A DNA stretch of 64,000 nucleotides, from NCBI GenBank assembly GCA_965209085.1, contig OZ242376.1:1152001-1216000 (forward strand), given 5' to 3'. This DNA comes from Nitrosopumilaceae archaeon. Its GTDB lineage: Archaea; Thermoproteota; Nitrososphaeria; Nitrososphaerales; Nitrosopumilaceae. The number at the start of each line of letters is the position of its first letter. The stretch's first letter is position 1. The notes beneath the pieces were generated by a model. The model ran no database searches. It saw nothing but the letters and a program-made list of their open reading frames with translations, and was not told the DNA's origin. A program made the translations under genes and the position numbers. Below are positions 10,946 through 20,319 of this stretch, one piece after another.

Positions 10946-11788
10946 TGGTGCGGATCCATGTACAATGAGAACGATTTTTGCATTAAAAATGATAAGATCG
11001 GAGGGCTCATTTTATCATTGCCCTCCGTGCGGTGCCAAATTCTGATGGCATCGCACATCCTATTGCAGAGTGTACCCGGTTCGGATTATAGCCCTCAAGG
11101 CGTATGATACTGCATTCTCTGCGTCCTGGAACGTCTCAAAGTCACGCGGCCAGACATACTCTTTCTTGAGGCTCTCATGGTAGGATTCCACATGAGTATT
11201 TTGCTCTGGCGTATGGTAGTGGATGAATTCTGACCTCACACCGTATGCTTTTACAGCTTGTCAAACTGTAATGAAACATACTGGGAACCGTTATCTGTTC
11301 TTAGGGTAGGATTTGAGCAATCCGGTTTCTTGGAGGCTAAAGCTTCAGTTAATGCTGCAATGGCAGTCTGTGACCGCTCTTGGCTCAAACGCATATCCTA
11401 CCCATTCACGGGTAAATGCAAAGGATGTTGAATAGGTAACACCATTTGTCCGGACCGCACCAAATGTACGTCATGTCAGATTGCCTGAGCTGATCCGGTC
11501 TTTGGGTTTTGCAGGCGTATTCCAGCCCAGATAATTGTATATTTTCTTCATTTTTTTGCAGTTTACAGGTTTACATGTAATGCAAGATATGGCAGCATCC
11601 CTCCAACGACTGAACGTCATCGGACTAATATTGTGTCTGCAGTACAGCTGAGGTAATGCGTGTGTTTATTGACTCATGATGATACGCATCTTTTCATCTA
11701 GAGCATGATGTGGTCTTATTGGCAAATCCACTCGAGGGGGTAAAATTTGTAACACTTGGAGTGTTCTCATTTTATGGGGTCCACTCCG
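10946..11788 (-). mobile_element. IS3-family element, internally deleted and degenerate
   Basis: Both TIRs are recognisable (TGGTGCGGATCC..ATGAGAAC / GTTCTCATTTTATGGGGTCCACT); homologous to 33338-34580 with multiple frameshifts. Confidence 0.85.
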
Positions 11789-11841
11789 TTACGGATAATA
11801 AAGTAAATACTTGATCCATGATCAAGGTATAATCAAATGTT

Positions 11842-12918
11842 TCATCCACCGCATTTCTCACGCAATACATCCCTTGCCTTTTGCAACGCCTCATCATTTG
11901 GAGTAATCTTCAAAGCCATATCTGCACATTCAAGTGCCTTATCATTCATCCCAAGTTTTACATAACAAAATGATTTCTCACTCCATGCTGCAGCGTAATC
12001 TGGTTTGACTTTTAATACAGCATTATACGCATCTAATGCCTCATGATACTGTCCCATACGGGATAACGCATTTGATTTACCATGCAGTGCAAGCATATTT
12101 GTAGAATCCGTCTGCAGCACCACATTAAAGCACTCTAGTGCTTTTTTATAATTTCCATAGTGTGCTAGAACATTTCCCCTGCTTGCCAAAGCATTTGTGA
12201 AACTTGAATCAATCTCCAATGCCCGCTCATAGCAGGATAATGCCTGCTCGAATTCACCCATGCTGTAGTGTATGTCGCCTTTGGCGTGAATTTCAGCTGG
12301 ATTATTAGGTGCCATTTTCATTGCCAAATTATTGTATTTTATCGCATTTTCATGATCACCTGATCTTAGATATATCTGCGAGATAAACTCTAGTGCATCA
12401 AGATTATCCGGCGAACATTTTAGAATTTTTTGTACAGCATTTATGCTCTCCTTTGGCCTATCTAGCATATCTAACGCATATGCTTTGTTAAAAAGTGCCA
12501 TAACACTTTCAGGTTTTAATTTCAACTCCATCTCAGAGTATTCAATTGTTTTCTCATAATGCCCCAAATTCCGGCAGATTGTGGCAATTGAATGCATAAT
12601 GGCAGGATCCGGCCTTGTGGACAATGTTTTTTTATAAATCTCCAATGCCTCCTCAAAGTGCTCGCCCACAAGCAATATCGTGGCCTTGTTGCAAAGGGCC
12701 TCAAAACTATTCGGATCTATTTTTAGCGCATCATTTACGTATTTTAAGGCGTTTGTACTCTGTCCAATCTTATGGTATGCCGTAGAGGCGTTTATCAGTA
12801 CGGCAATGTTGTTTTTTTCAACCTCTAGTATTTTCTCATAGTATTCTATGGCCTTTTCATAATTGCCAGATAAAGCGTGATCATATGCTAAATCAATCCA
12901 TTCTTCCATCTCGCTCAT
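11842..12918 (-). CDS. TPR-repeat protein (about 10 repeats)
   Basis: Repeated G.YE.A..YY.K.L...P.....A motifs along the whole length; 4-bp overlap with the upstream ATPase gene. Confidence 0.9.
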   Translation of the reverse strand: MSEMEEWIDLAYDHALSGNYEKAIEYYEKILEVEKNNIAVLINASTAYHKIGQSTNALKYVNDALKIDPNSFEALCNKATILLVGEHFEEALEIYKKTLSTRPDPAIMHSIATICRNLGHYEKTIEYSEMELKLKPESVMALFNKAYALDMLDRPKESINAVQKILKCSPDNLDALEFISQIYLRSGDHENAIKYNNLAMKMAPNNPAEIHAKGDIHYSMGEFEQALSCYERALEIDSSFTNALASRGNVLAHYGNYKKALECFNVVLQTDSTNMLALHGKSNALSRMGQYHEALDAYNAVLKVKPDYAAAWSEKSFCYVKLGMNDKALECADMALKITPNDEALQKARDVLREKCGG

Positions 12919-15900
12919 GAATCATCACCTTTTAGATCCTCGCTCTTTGAGGCTGATTGTCCATGCTGTTTATTTGGGGATGCTTTGGGTTTATAGTCAT
13001 CGGGTAAATCCACTACAAACGTGCGTACCTTGTCATACCCATCATCCAATTCCTCGCGTATTTCCTCAATTTTCTTACTAGAAGACCAGACATGGCACAT
13101 ATCAAAACCAAGTTTTATCCATTTGCTCATGTTAAATTTGACGTGCTCTGGATGCGATTTAACCTCGGTCTTTGATTCAATCTCAACTGATACGGACAAA
13201 CCAGTTGAATAATCATATGCTACAAGGTCTGGCCTTAAATCCCCGCTTTGTATTGCAAAGCATACAAACCATCCTTTTTTTCTATAGTAATCGACTGCCT
13301 GCTGCGCTATAAGCGGCGTCTCCTCGGACCTGCCAATCAGATAATAATTCAAATCAATGTACGCATCAAGTGCTCTTTTACTTAGAGAATATATGGGACT
13401 GCGCTTTACCTTTGGGTTTGGCATCTTTTGCACATACTCTAAATCATTTAAAGATGCCAAGGATGCAGATACATCATCGCGTGTGGATGCATTTACACCC
13501 CGGGTTATCTCAATTAGAATGTGGGGTCCATCTTGCAGATACAGGATTATCCTCCATTCCATTTCATACGGTAATGTTTGTGTGCAAGATTCCATCCATT
13601 TTTTGGTGCTGCGGGCCATTTCATCAGAGTTTGATGAATCTTGTATATCCTCAGGCTTTATTCCATATCTCTCCTTTGATGTTGTAATTATCTGCTGCAC
13701 CTGCATATCGTCAAGTTTGGGAATGGGGGGAGGCAGGGAATTTGTATAAGCTGGCATTCCAGATTCGTGTCCATCCGGCGCTTTTTGCCGTATGAAAAAC
13801 GCATGATCTGCCAATCCTGCAAGTGAATCGCGAAGTTTTTCAGAGTATGCTGGATCCACCATTAGTGCAATTTTGGATGCATCAAAGCCGGATAATCTGC
13901 CAAATATCATAGTAGAGCAATTCCCCATTATTCCCTCTAGTATTTTTCTCTCAATTTGTGAGGCATTCTGGTGTGCCAATATGAGGCCAAGTCCGTACCC
14001 TCTTGCCTGTGCAAGCAAAGTTCCGATAAGACCCATGTGCCCTATGCGCTGAAACTCATCAAGTGCCAAAACTACCGGAGTACGCTTGGTTCTGTCAGTT
14101 TCTGCAGCCCGTTTTTTTACAGCATGCCAGATTTTTGAAACAAGGGACATTAGTAAGATCTTGTGTGCATCCTCGGGAGTATCAGTGTCACTTATGCGGA
14201 TTAAAACCACAGTGCCGGGTTTTAATATTTGGCTGAATTTTACCGTCGTTTTTCTAACTCCAAAATGGCGGCGCAGATATTTATCAATTACAAACGGCTC
14301 TACGCGGTTTAGTATCGGAGTCCATGCATCAAATCTCAAGGATGCAGCTGACTCTAATGCCTGGATGAATTCTTTATTTGGAATGCGGTATTGGCGTTTT
14401 ATGCGCTCCAGTGCCCCGTTTTTTTTAAACAACATTACAAGATTATGCAAATCAGCCATGGTTGGAGAGTCTATGTTGTGGTATAAGAGCTGCAAGACCA
14501 GCTTGAAGAGCCGCTCCATTTGCACAAATGTCTGCGTTTGAGAGTAAAATTCCTTGAACATTTCAAGTATATGATCCACCATGAAGGAGACTGTTACGTC
14601 TCTTTCACCGTTTTTGTGCTCTGGGAGCTCTAGCAGATTTATTCCAAAATCCGTCTTTTTTATGTCCAAAAGGACTACATTTATGCCAGGCGGGGTGCAT
14701 TTTATAAATTCAAACGTGTCATCATCTTTGTTATCTATGCCGATATACGTGCACGGCATATCTGATGCAATTGATGCTATGATATGCGAGTAGAGGTTTA
14801 AGAGCAGTGTTGTTTTACCGCATCCAGATGATCCTAGAACGTACGTATGCCGGATTAGATCCTGAGGATCATATACTGTAACTTTGGATGTGGCTTTGAG
14901 TATTTGCCCGTATTGTACATTTTCTGCATTTATTTTCTTGTCAGTTCCTAAAATCCAGCCGCTGCGTTCAGGCGTGAGTGACTCATGATGCGGCCTGTTG
15001 TATCTTAACGGGAGTGCCTCATCGTATGGCATGTGGCATACAGTGTCTGTTAACTCTTTGGCAGTAACGCAAAAGAACGGAACCATGTCGCGGCCTCTGC
15101 CCCATTTTCCATCTTGCCATATTTTCTCATTGCGATATAGTTGGTTTATTGCCTCATCATCATATAGGATTCTAGACTTTAGATACTGTTCAAAATATTG
15201 GTGGCTCGGATACTGCATTAGGATGCCGCTATCCTGTTTTGAGCGCAGCTGTTTAGCTAGGCTTTGCATGATTTTCAGGTTTGCATCATACTCGTCTGCT
15301 TCAAAGATTCCGCGTATTCCCATTACGCAAAGATTCTCCTGTTCTCTTTGGATGTAATCCGGATATGCTATGCGCATGAATTCGGGTATTTTTTTATCGC
15401 TTGGGATTTTCACCTGGCGGTAGTTTGGTTTGAAATTAGAGCCCAAAGATCCCTGCAATTCAACCTTATCTTTTGTAATGTCAGTTATTGCATCCTGTAG
15501 TGCACTCAAATGCCTGCTGCATGCAGTATCAATTCTCTCATCGCGTACAAATAAAATCTGAATCCATGCATAGTTCATCTTTGAGATAGCCGAGATGATT
15601 GACTCTAGAAAATCAGTACTGTCATCACGCATGGGTGAAAAACTAAACATGTGTGAGAGCTCTATATCAAATGGTATTGTTTTTTTAGGTTTGCCTGCAG
15701 GTTCTGTCTGCTCTAGTATTTCATAATTTACAACGTTTAGCGAATTTGCGAAAAATTTCATATCGCCTTTAGGAGCTCCCAAGATTATACGCACTTGCTC
15801 AGATTGTGGCTCTTTCCATAATTCATATGCCCTTATTCTGTCAGTTACGATAGTTCTAGTTGGCTCTAATTTTTTACCAAATGTCGGATAAGCTTCTGCC

Positions 15901-16073
15901 AATTGTATTTCATATGCTGTGTGATTTGGAGGTTTTCTCATATTGTGCATGCCGCCGCCAAAAAAGTCAGGATCTAGTACTTTGATGGTTTTGCCGTTTT
16001 CTTTGATTTTTATCCATTTTTCAATTTGTACTAATCTGCCCAGCCAGTCTCTTTTGTATTGATGCCAAATCAC
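12915..16073 (-). CDS. HerA/VirD4-like (DUF87) P-loop ATPase with C-terminal winged helix and putative PD-(D/E)xK-like domain
   Basis: Walker A GSSGCGKT, Walker B LALDEFQ, QARGYGLGLILAHQ (Arg-finger/sensor segment); C-terminal RPDLVAYD...VEIESK. Confidence 0.8.
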   Translation of the reverse strand: MIWHQYKRDWLGRLVQIEKWIKIKENGKTIKVLDPDFFGGGMHNMRKPPNHTAYEIQLAEAYPTFGKKLEPTRTIVTDRIRAYELWKEPQSEQVRIILGAPKGDMKFFANSLNVVNYEILEQTEPAGKPKKTIPFDIELSHMFSFSPMRDDSTDFLESIISAISKMNYAWIQILFVRDERIDTACSRHLSALQDAITDITKDKVELQGSLGSNFKPNYRQVKIPSDKKIPEFMRIAYPDYIQREQENLCVMGIRGIFEADEYDANLKIMQSLAKQLRSKQDSGILMQYPSHQYFEQYLKSRILYDDEAINQLYRNEKIWQDGKWGRGRDMVPFFCVTAKELTDTVCHMPYDEALPLRYNRPHHESLTPERSGWILGTDKKINAENVQYGQILKATSKVTVYDPQDLIRHTYVLGSSGCGKTTLLLNLYSHIIASIASDMPCTYIGIDNKDDDTFEFIKCTPPGINVVLLDIKKTDFGINLLELPEHKNGERDVTVSFMVDHILEMFKEFYSQTQTFVQMERLFKLVLQLLYHNIDSPTMADLHNLVMLFKKNGALERIKRQYRIPNKEFIQALESAASLRFDAWTPILNRVEPFVIDKYLRRHFGVRKTTVKFSQILKPGTVVLIRISDTDTPEDAHKILLMSLVSKIWHAVKKRAAETDRTKRTPVVLALDEFQRIGHMGLIGTLLAQARGYGLGLILAHQNASQIERKILEGIMGNCSTMIFGRLSGFDASKIALMVDPAYSEKLRDSLAGLADHAFFIRQKAPDGHESGMPAYTNSLPPPIPKLDDMQVQQIITTSKERYGIKPEDIQDSSNSDEMARSTKKWMESCTQTLPYEMEWRIILYLQDGPHILIEITRGVNASTRDDVSASLASLNDLEYVQKMPNPKVKRSPIYSLSKRALDAYIDLNYYLIGRSEETPLIAQQAVDYYRKKGWFVCFAIQSGDLRPDLVAYDYSTGLSVSVEIESKTEVKSHPEHVKFNMSKWIKLGFDMCHVWSSSKKIEEIREELDDGYDKVRTFVVDLPDDYKPKASPNKQHGQSASKSEDLKGDDS

Positions 16074-16326
16074 GCATTATAATGCACTTTGTAATAAAAA
16101 AGGTTATTGATCATTTAAGCGGTAATTATACATAAAGTATGCCTATTAATGCAAAAATTATACAGATATGTACGTGTAAGATGAAAATATGACACTGGGT
16201 CTATTTTAGTATAAAATATTCTTTTAAAAATCATATGAATATCATGATCGTATTAGATCATAAATATGAGATTAAAATTTTAAGTTCAGCATAATTTTTA
16301 AAATTTTGATAAAAATACAATAATTG

Positions 16327-16570
16327 GTACCTGTCTAGAGTTTTGAAGTTAAATTGGATAGATATTCTTCCAAATAATCATGAAAGTTCAGATTCCTCAA
16401 CCTGCACGTCCCCTTTATGCTCATCAATATCATGTGAGCTTTGGCTCCATCCTCTGAGCGGTGAGCATTTGTAATCTTGCGTATTACGACATTTGGTCAA
16501 ATCCCCTCTCTCGGCGGTATTGTTGTGTCAGTCAGTACCCGTTTTTTAGAAACGTAAAGGGCACATCTTT
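16327..16570 (-). mobile_element. IS66-family 3' remnant (different subtype)
   Basis: Minus strand reads HNNTAERGI.PNVVIRKITNAHRSEDGAKAHMILMSIKGTCRLRNLNF with lesions. Confidence 0.65.
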
Positions 16571-16573
16571 TTC

Positions 16574-16946
16574 TCGCACGTCCGATTTGCATCAGAGAGT
16601 AATATTTCTGAATTTTACCAACGTCTTGCAAAAAAAAGAGGATCATCCAAGGCCAAAGTTACAGCAGCTGCCAAGATGCTTGATATCATATTTCGTATGC
16701 TAAAGGATAGGAGTGAATTTGAAATACATCATAGTTAAAGCAACAAACCGCGGGTTAGACTTTGGGGATGTTACCCCGGCTGCATAACTGCGGTAAGCTT
16801 TAACATGTGGATAAAGATGGTTGTTGAATTAAATCCCGAATGGATAGATGTTTTTTCATCTTTTGGTTGGAAACAGACACATAGCGAAAGCCATGCCGCA
16901 TGACACAAAAAAGCAAGAAACCCTTAAAATGTATTCACATGGATAA
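16574..16946 (+). mobile_element. IS110-family (IS1111-like) 3' remnant: transposase C-terminus plus non-coding end
   Basis: Reads SHVRFASESNISEFYQRLAKKRGSSKAKVTAAAKMLDIIFRMLKDRSEFEIHHS* (stop 16736-16738), homologous to the 20320 ORF; same terminus CACATGGATAA. Confidence 0.85.
16739..16946 (+). ncRNA. Putative IS110 bridge/seek RNA (copy 1)
   Basis: Stem CCGCGG/CTGCGG enclosing two 10-nt loop strands and hairpin GGGG-ATGTTA-CCCC; second loop with ATGGTT and ATGGATA; conserved with 20112-20319. Confidence 0.7.
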
Positions 16947-17009
16947 GGTCTAATGATTTCACACCATTGAATCATTTTCAAACAAATAAACCTCGATTAT
17001 ATGTAAAAA

Positions 17010-17657
17010 TCAATCTTTGGGAATTATTGCATTTTTTATATCTGTGTCTACCTTATCTTTATTACTCACAATAATTTGTCTACAAATTGGTCCGGAAGTC
17101 CATGCGTCTCGAACTTCACGGTTCTCTTGATATATTTTAGCAATGTTATTAATTTGTTCATTAGTAAAATAAGAACAATCACTCAAAAATTTTGCATTAG
17201 CATTTGCTTCCCTATAACTTGTCGACGTTTTGAGTGTTTTTATCTGTTCATCTAATGCCAATACACCGTCATTTACATATCGTATCAATCCATGACTTAG
17301 TTCATTAATTTCGGAATTTTTTATTTCAGGAGATATTATTTTAGCATGATATTGTCGCATAAATCCATATGGTTCCAGGTCATCAATACGAACAGTATAA
17401 ATTCTCTTATTATTTGCTATGGCATATCCAACTTCATGATCAGTGTATTCTGCACTACGAAAATTATTTGATAGTAAAACCATAAATAATTCACATTTTT
17501 CTATTTGTGCTTTTAATTCATTTAACCAAATATCTGATATGATTAGATCCTTGGAAGATATGAAAACGTCTATGTTTTGTTCGCTGAGTTTATCGTGAAG
17601 TGTATTGGCCACTTCTTTATCCTTATCTGCATAACTAAGAAATACACTGACCATCAT
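17010..17657 (-). CDS. TIR-domain protein
   Basis: VFLSYADKDK, DVFIS..DL, FMVLLS.NF..AEYTDHEVGYA (catalytic Glu position). ATG at 17657 preferred over the TTG at 17702. Confidence 0.85.
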   Translation of the reverse strand: MMVSVFLSYADKDKEVANTLHDKLSEQNIDVFISSKDLIISDIWLNELKAQIEKCELFMVLLSNNFRSAEYTDHEVGYAIANNKRIYTVRIDDLEPYGFMRQYHAKIISPEIKNSEINELSHGLIRYVNDGVLALDEQIKTLKTSTSYREANANAKFLSDCSYFTNEQINNIAKIYQENREVRDAWTSGPICRQIIVSNKDKVDTDIKNAIIPKD

Positions 17658-17733
17658 AATTTGTATTAAATTATATGATATGTAAGTATAGTGATACGCC
17701 AAAGTTCATGAGCGTTTGACCGTTTATGTATAC

Positions 17734-18992
17734 TAGATGTCTTACGTAATAAAAAATTCGGCATAACAATATATTGTGCCTAATAATTAAAGTGTTATGT
17801 TAAAAAATCACATTCTGGAATATGATTTACAGTTAATCTAAGACAATACGCCACATGTCAATTATGTGATCACCGTTTGCAGTAATTCATGTTGGAACAA
17901 TGTAGGTTTGCAAACCCACGCGACAACATGTACATCTGGTCAATATCGGGCGTGCAGTATGATGTTATAATGAGCGTGCCCACTCATTTTTGTAATTTAT
18001 TAATCCGTTTACAACCTGCACGATTCCATCATATTTATCAAATCGTGATCGGAATACATCTCGGCGTATGTTGAATTTCTTAATTCTGCTGTAAACATGT
18101 TCTATCCGTACACGTACGCTTGAGAGTAATTTATTGTGAAATATTTGTTCGCGGGTTCTCTTTTTATTTTTATATTTTTTACAGGGTATGATCGAATTTG
18201 CTTGTGGAAACGCGTCATGTATTCCCTGATATGCACTATCATAGAGATTTGAAACAGAATTCAACAGATCCTGCGTAATTTTGTTTTCACACTGCAGTGG
18301 GTGGTTCTCTTTTACAATGGCATAATCGTGTACACTGCCAGGATATGACATTGAGCTATACAAGATCATTCCGTTTCCGTTTATGACTTCTGTTGTTTTT
18401 CTGGTATGTGTTTTGTGCTTGCCAGAATAGTTTTTCTTTTGTTCTTCCTTGTCACTTGGACGCCATACCCGTTGTTCGGTAGCATCTGTAACGCAATAAT
18501 TGTCAGGAAAATTCTTTTCAAGATCTTTGGAAGATTTTATTTCTAAAACTTGTTTGTGTAGTTTATGTGGAGTTGGAAGAATATCTGCCAATATCTTTAG
18601 AATCATGCCTATGTTTCGTTGTACATTACTTTGATCCAAGTCAAACATGTATCCTATTTTTTCATACGACTGGTATTCTCGTAAATAAACAAGCGTCATT
18701 ATTAACCGATCTGGCAGTGACAAGTGATGTTTCCTGCCTCCTCCTGGACTTCGTTGTCTTTCTGCTGCATCTGCAACATCCAGCTGGCATTCAAGATATT
18801 TTTTACGTATGCCAGGAATCAAGGAATCAAATTCTTCGACCGTAAGACCGGTAAACGCCTTGAATGCACGCGGTTTTTTGCGCATTGTCGTTTCTGAGAA
18901 CACAAAACACAGTAAACATGCATGAAAATAGATCGATGTGATCTAAAAGTTTGGACTGCATGATTGAATTTCTTTATTACGCAAGGCATCTA
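17734..18992 (-). mobile_element. IS5-family (ISL2-like) element, apparently intact
   Basis: TIRs TAGATGTCTTACGTAATAAA / TTTATTACGCAAGGCATCTA flank a full transposase ORF. Confidence 0.85.
17965..18903 (-). CDS. IS5-family transposase (HTH_Tnp_4 plus DDE_Tnp_4 type)
   Basis: FTGLTVEEF, DATEQRVWRP, YSGKHKTHT, GSVHD, YDSAYQG, RVRIEH. Confidence 0.9.
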   Translation of the reverse strand: MFSETTMRKKPRAFKAFTGLTVEEFDSLIPGIRKKYLECQLDVADAAERQRSPGGGRKHHLSLPDRLIMTLVYLREYQSYEKIGYMFDLDQSNVQRNIGMILKILADILPTPHKLHKQVLEIKSSKDLEKNFPDNYCVTDATEQRVWRPSDKEEQKKNYSGKHKTHTRKTTEVINGNGMILYSSMSYPGSVHDYAIVKENHPLQCENKITQDLLNSVSNLYDSAYQGIHDAFPQANSIIPCKKYKNKKRTREQIFHNKLLSSVRVRIEHVYSRIKKFNIRRDVFRSRFDKYDGIVQVVNGLINYKNEWARSL

Positions 18993-18994
18993 CT

Positions 18995-20113
18995 ATACTG
19001 ACACGCAAAAGTAACTGCAATTTATGACTCTAGGCACAATGTAACCGCAAGATATTTGGATCACCTCGTGTATGAATCAATCATGAACAAAGAACATCAG
19101 GAACTGTATAATGCAAGCAGGCATGTCAAAGATGTACGAGAAAACGAAAAAATACATTTTGTAAGCATGGTCAAATACCAAAACATATCCATAGCTAAAG
19201 CTTCTGAATTATTGATGAAAAGCTACAACTGGGGCAAAGAATGCATGCAACGATATGACGAGCTTGGATTAGACGGTCTTAAAATCCTGCCCAAATCGGG
19301 CAGGCCTTTATTATTATCAAATATACGATTTAAAAAAATTATTGACATGACAAGACGAGAGAACGGTTCAGTTGATCCAAAACAGGTAATGCACAACATT
19401 AAACGCAAAACCGGAGTAAAATATCACATATCAAATATCAAATATCAGAAAAAGACTCCACAAATTCTCATGTCAGCAAGGCTCCAAAAAGAATTCATGT
19501 CAATGCAGCGCCAGCATCAGTCTGCTACAACGGGTCACAAAACACTAGGCGTCAAATACGCCTACTTGAAGAGCGTGGATTTGCAGTAGGCGTTCAGGAT
19601 GAATGTATAATAAAATACGATTCATTATCCGGCAAGAAACTCTGGATTGAAATAAGCAAAAATTGTTACGTAAAATCCACAGGTTCTCACAAAAAAGTTG
19701 TTGTCTTTGGAGTACTCTTATAGGATGGCAGGCAGATGTTTGCAAGCTTTGATTTGTTTGATGCAAAACCATTTCTCAAATTTTTAAAAATGGCTCATCA
19801 AAAATTTGGAAAAATTTGCATGATTGTGAATAAAGCTGCACAACACAGAAAATCCAAAATTATTAAAAAATATATCTCCGAGCACAAAGATGAGGTAAAG
19901 CTTTTGTTTTTCCCAAGTTTACCGTTTCTGAGTGCCGTTGAAGAATGCTGGCATCAGGCCAAACGTGTGTTGGTCGTCTCTGAATATTATGAAACATTTG
20001 AGAATATGAAATACGCAATTTCAGAATATTTTAGAACTGTACGATTCAAAGTATCAATCATGGATTTTATTATGAGAAAAGCTGCAGAATGCAGTTACTT
20101 TTGATCCGCAGTT
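18995..20113 (+). mobile_element. IS630-family element, degenerate (ORF fragments 19056-19589 and 19736-20104)
   Basis: TIR core CAAAAGTAACTGCA at both ends; GLDGLKILPKSGRP, QDE, PFLSAVEECW. Confidence 0.85.
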
Positions 20114-20319
20114 ATCCATGTGCCTCTTTTTTAAGTATTTCATGCGTTTTTCCATATTTTTGTACAGTATCCACTAGGGGCTATTTTTCCAATTAAAGAA
20201 TGAGAGACATATATCCATTCGGGGCATTATCCCCACAACCATCTTCATCCACTTGTTAGAGCTTACCGCAGTTAGAATCTCGGAGCACTATCTCCATATA
20301 CTGCGCCGCGGCCGTGCAA
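20112..20319 (-). ncRNA. Putative IS110 bridge/seek RNA (copy 2)
   Basis: CCGCGG-CGCAGTATAT-GGAG ATAGTG CTCC-GAGATTCTAA-CTGCGG, then ATGGTT-GT-GGGG ATAATG CCCC-GA-ATGGATA. Confidence 0.75.

Noticed and set aside
10813-11058. 81-aa ORF as a real gene
   Set aside because: Chimera of an IS3 end (alternative frame) and an IS66 C-terminus; likewise 21819..22070 and the tail of 52916..53620.
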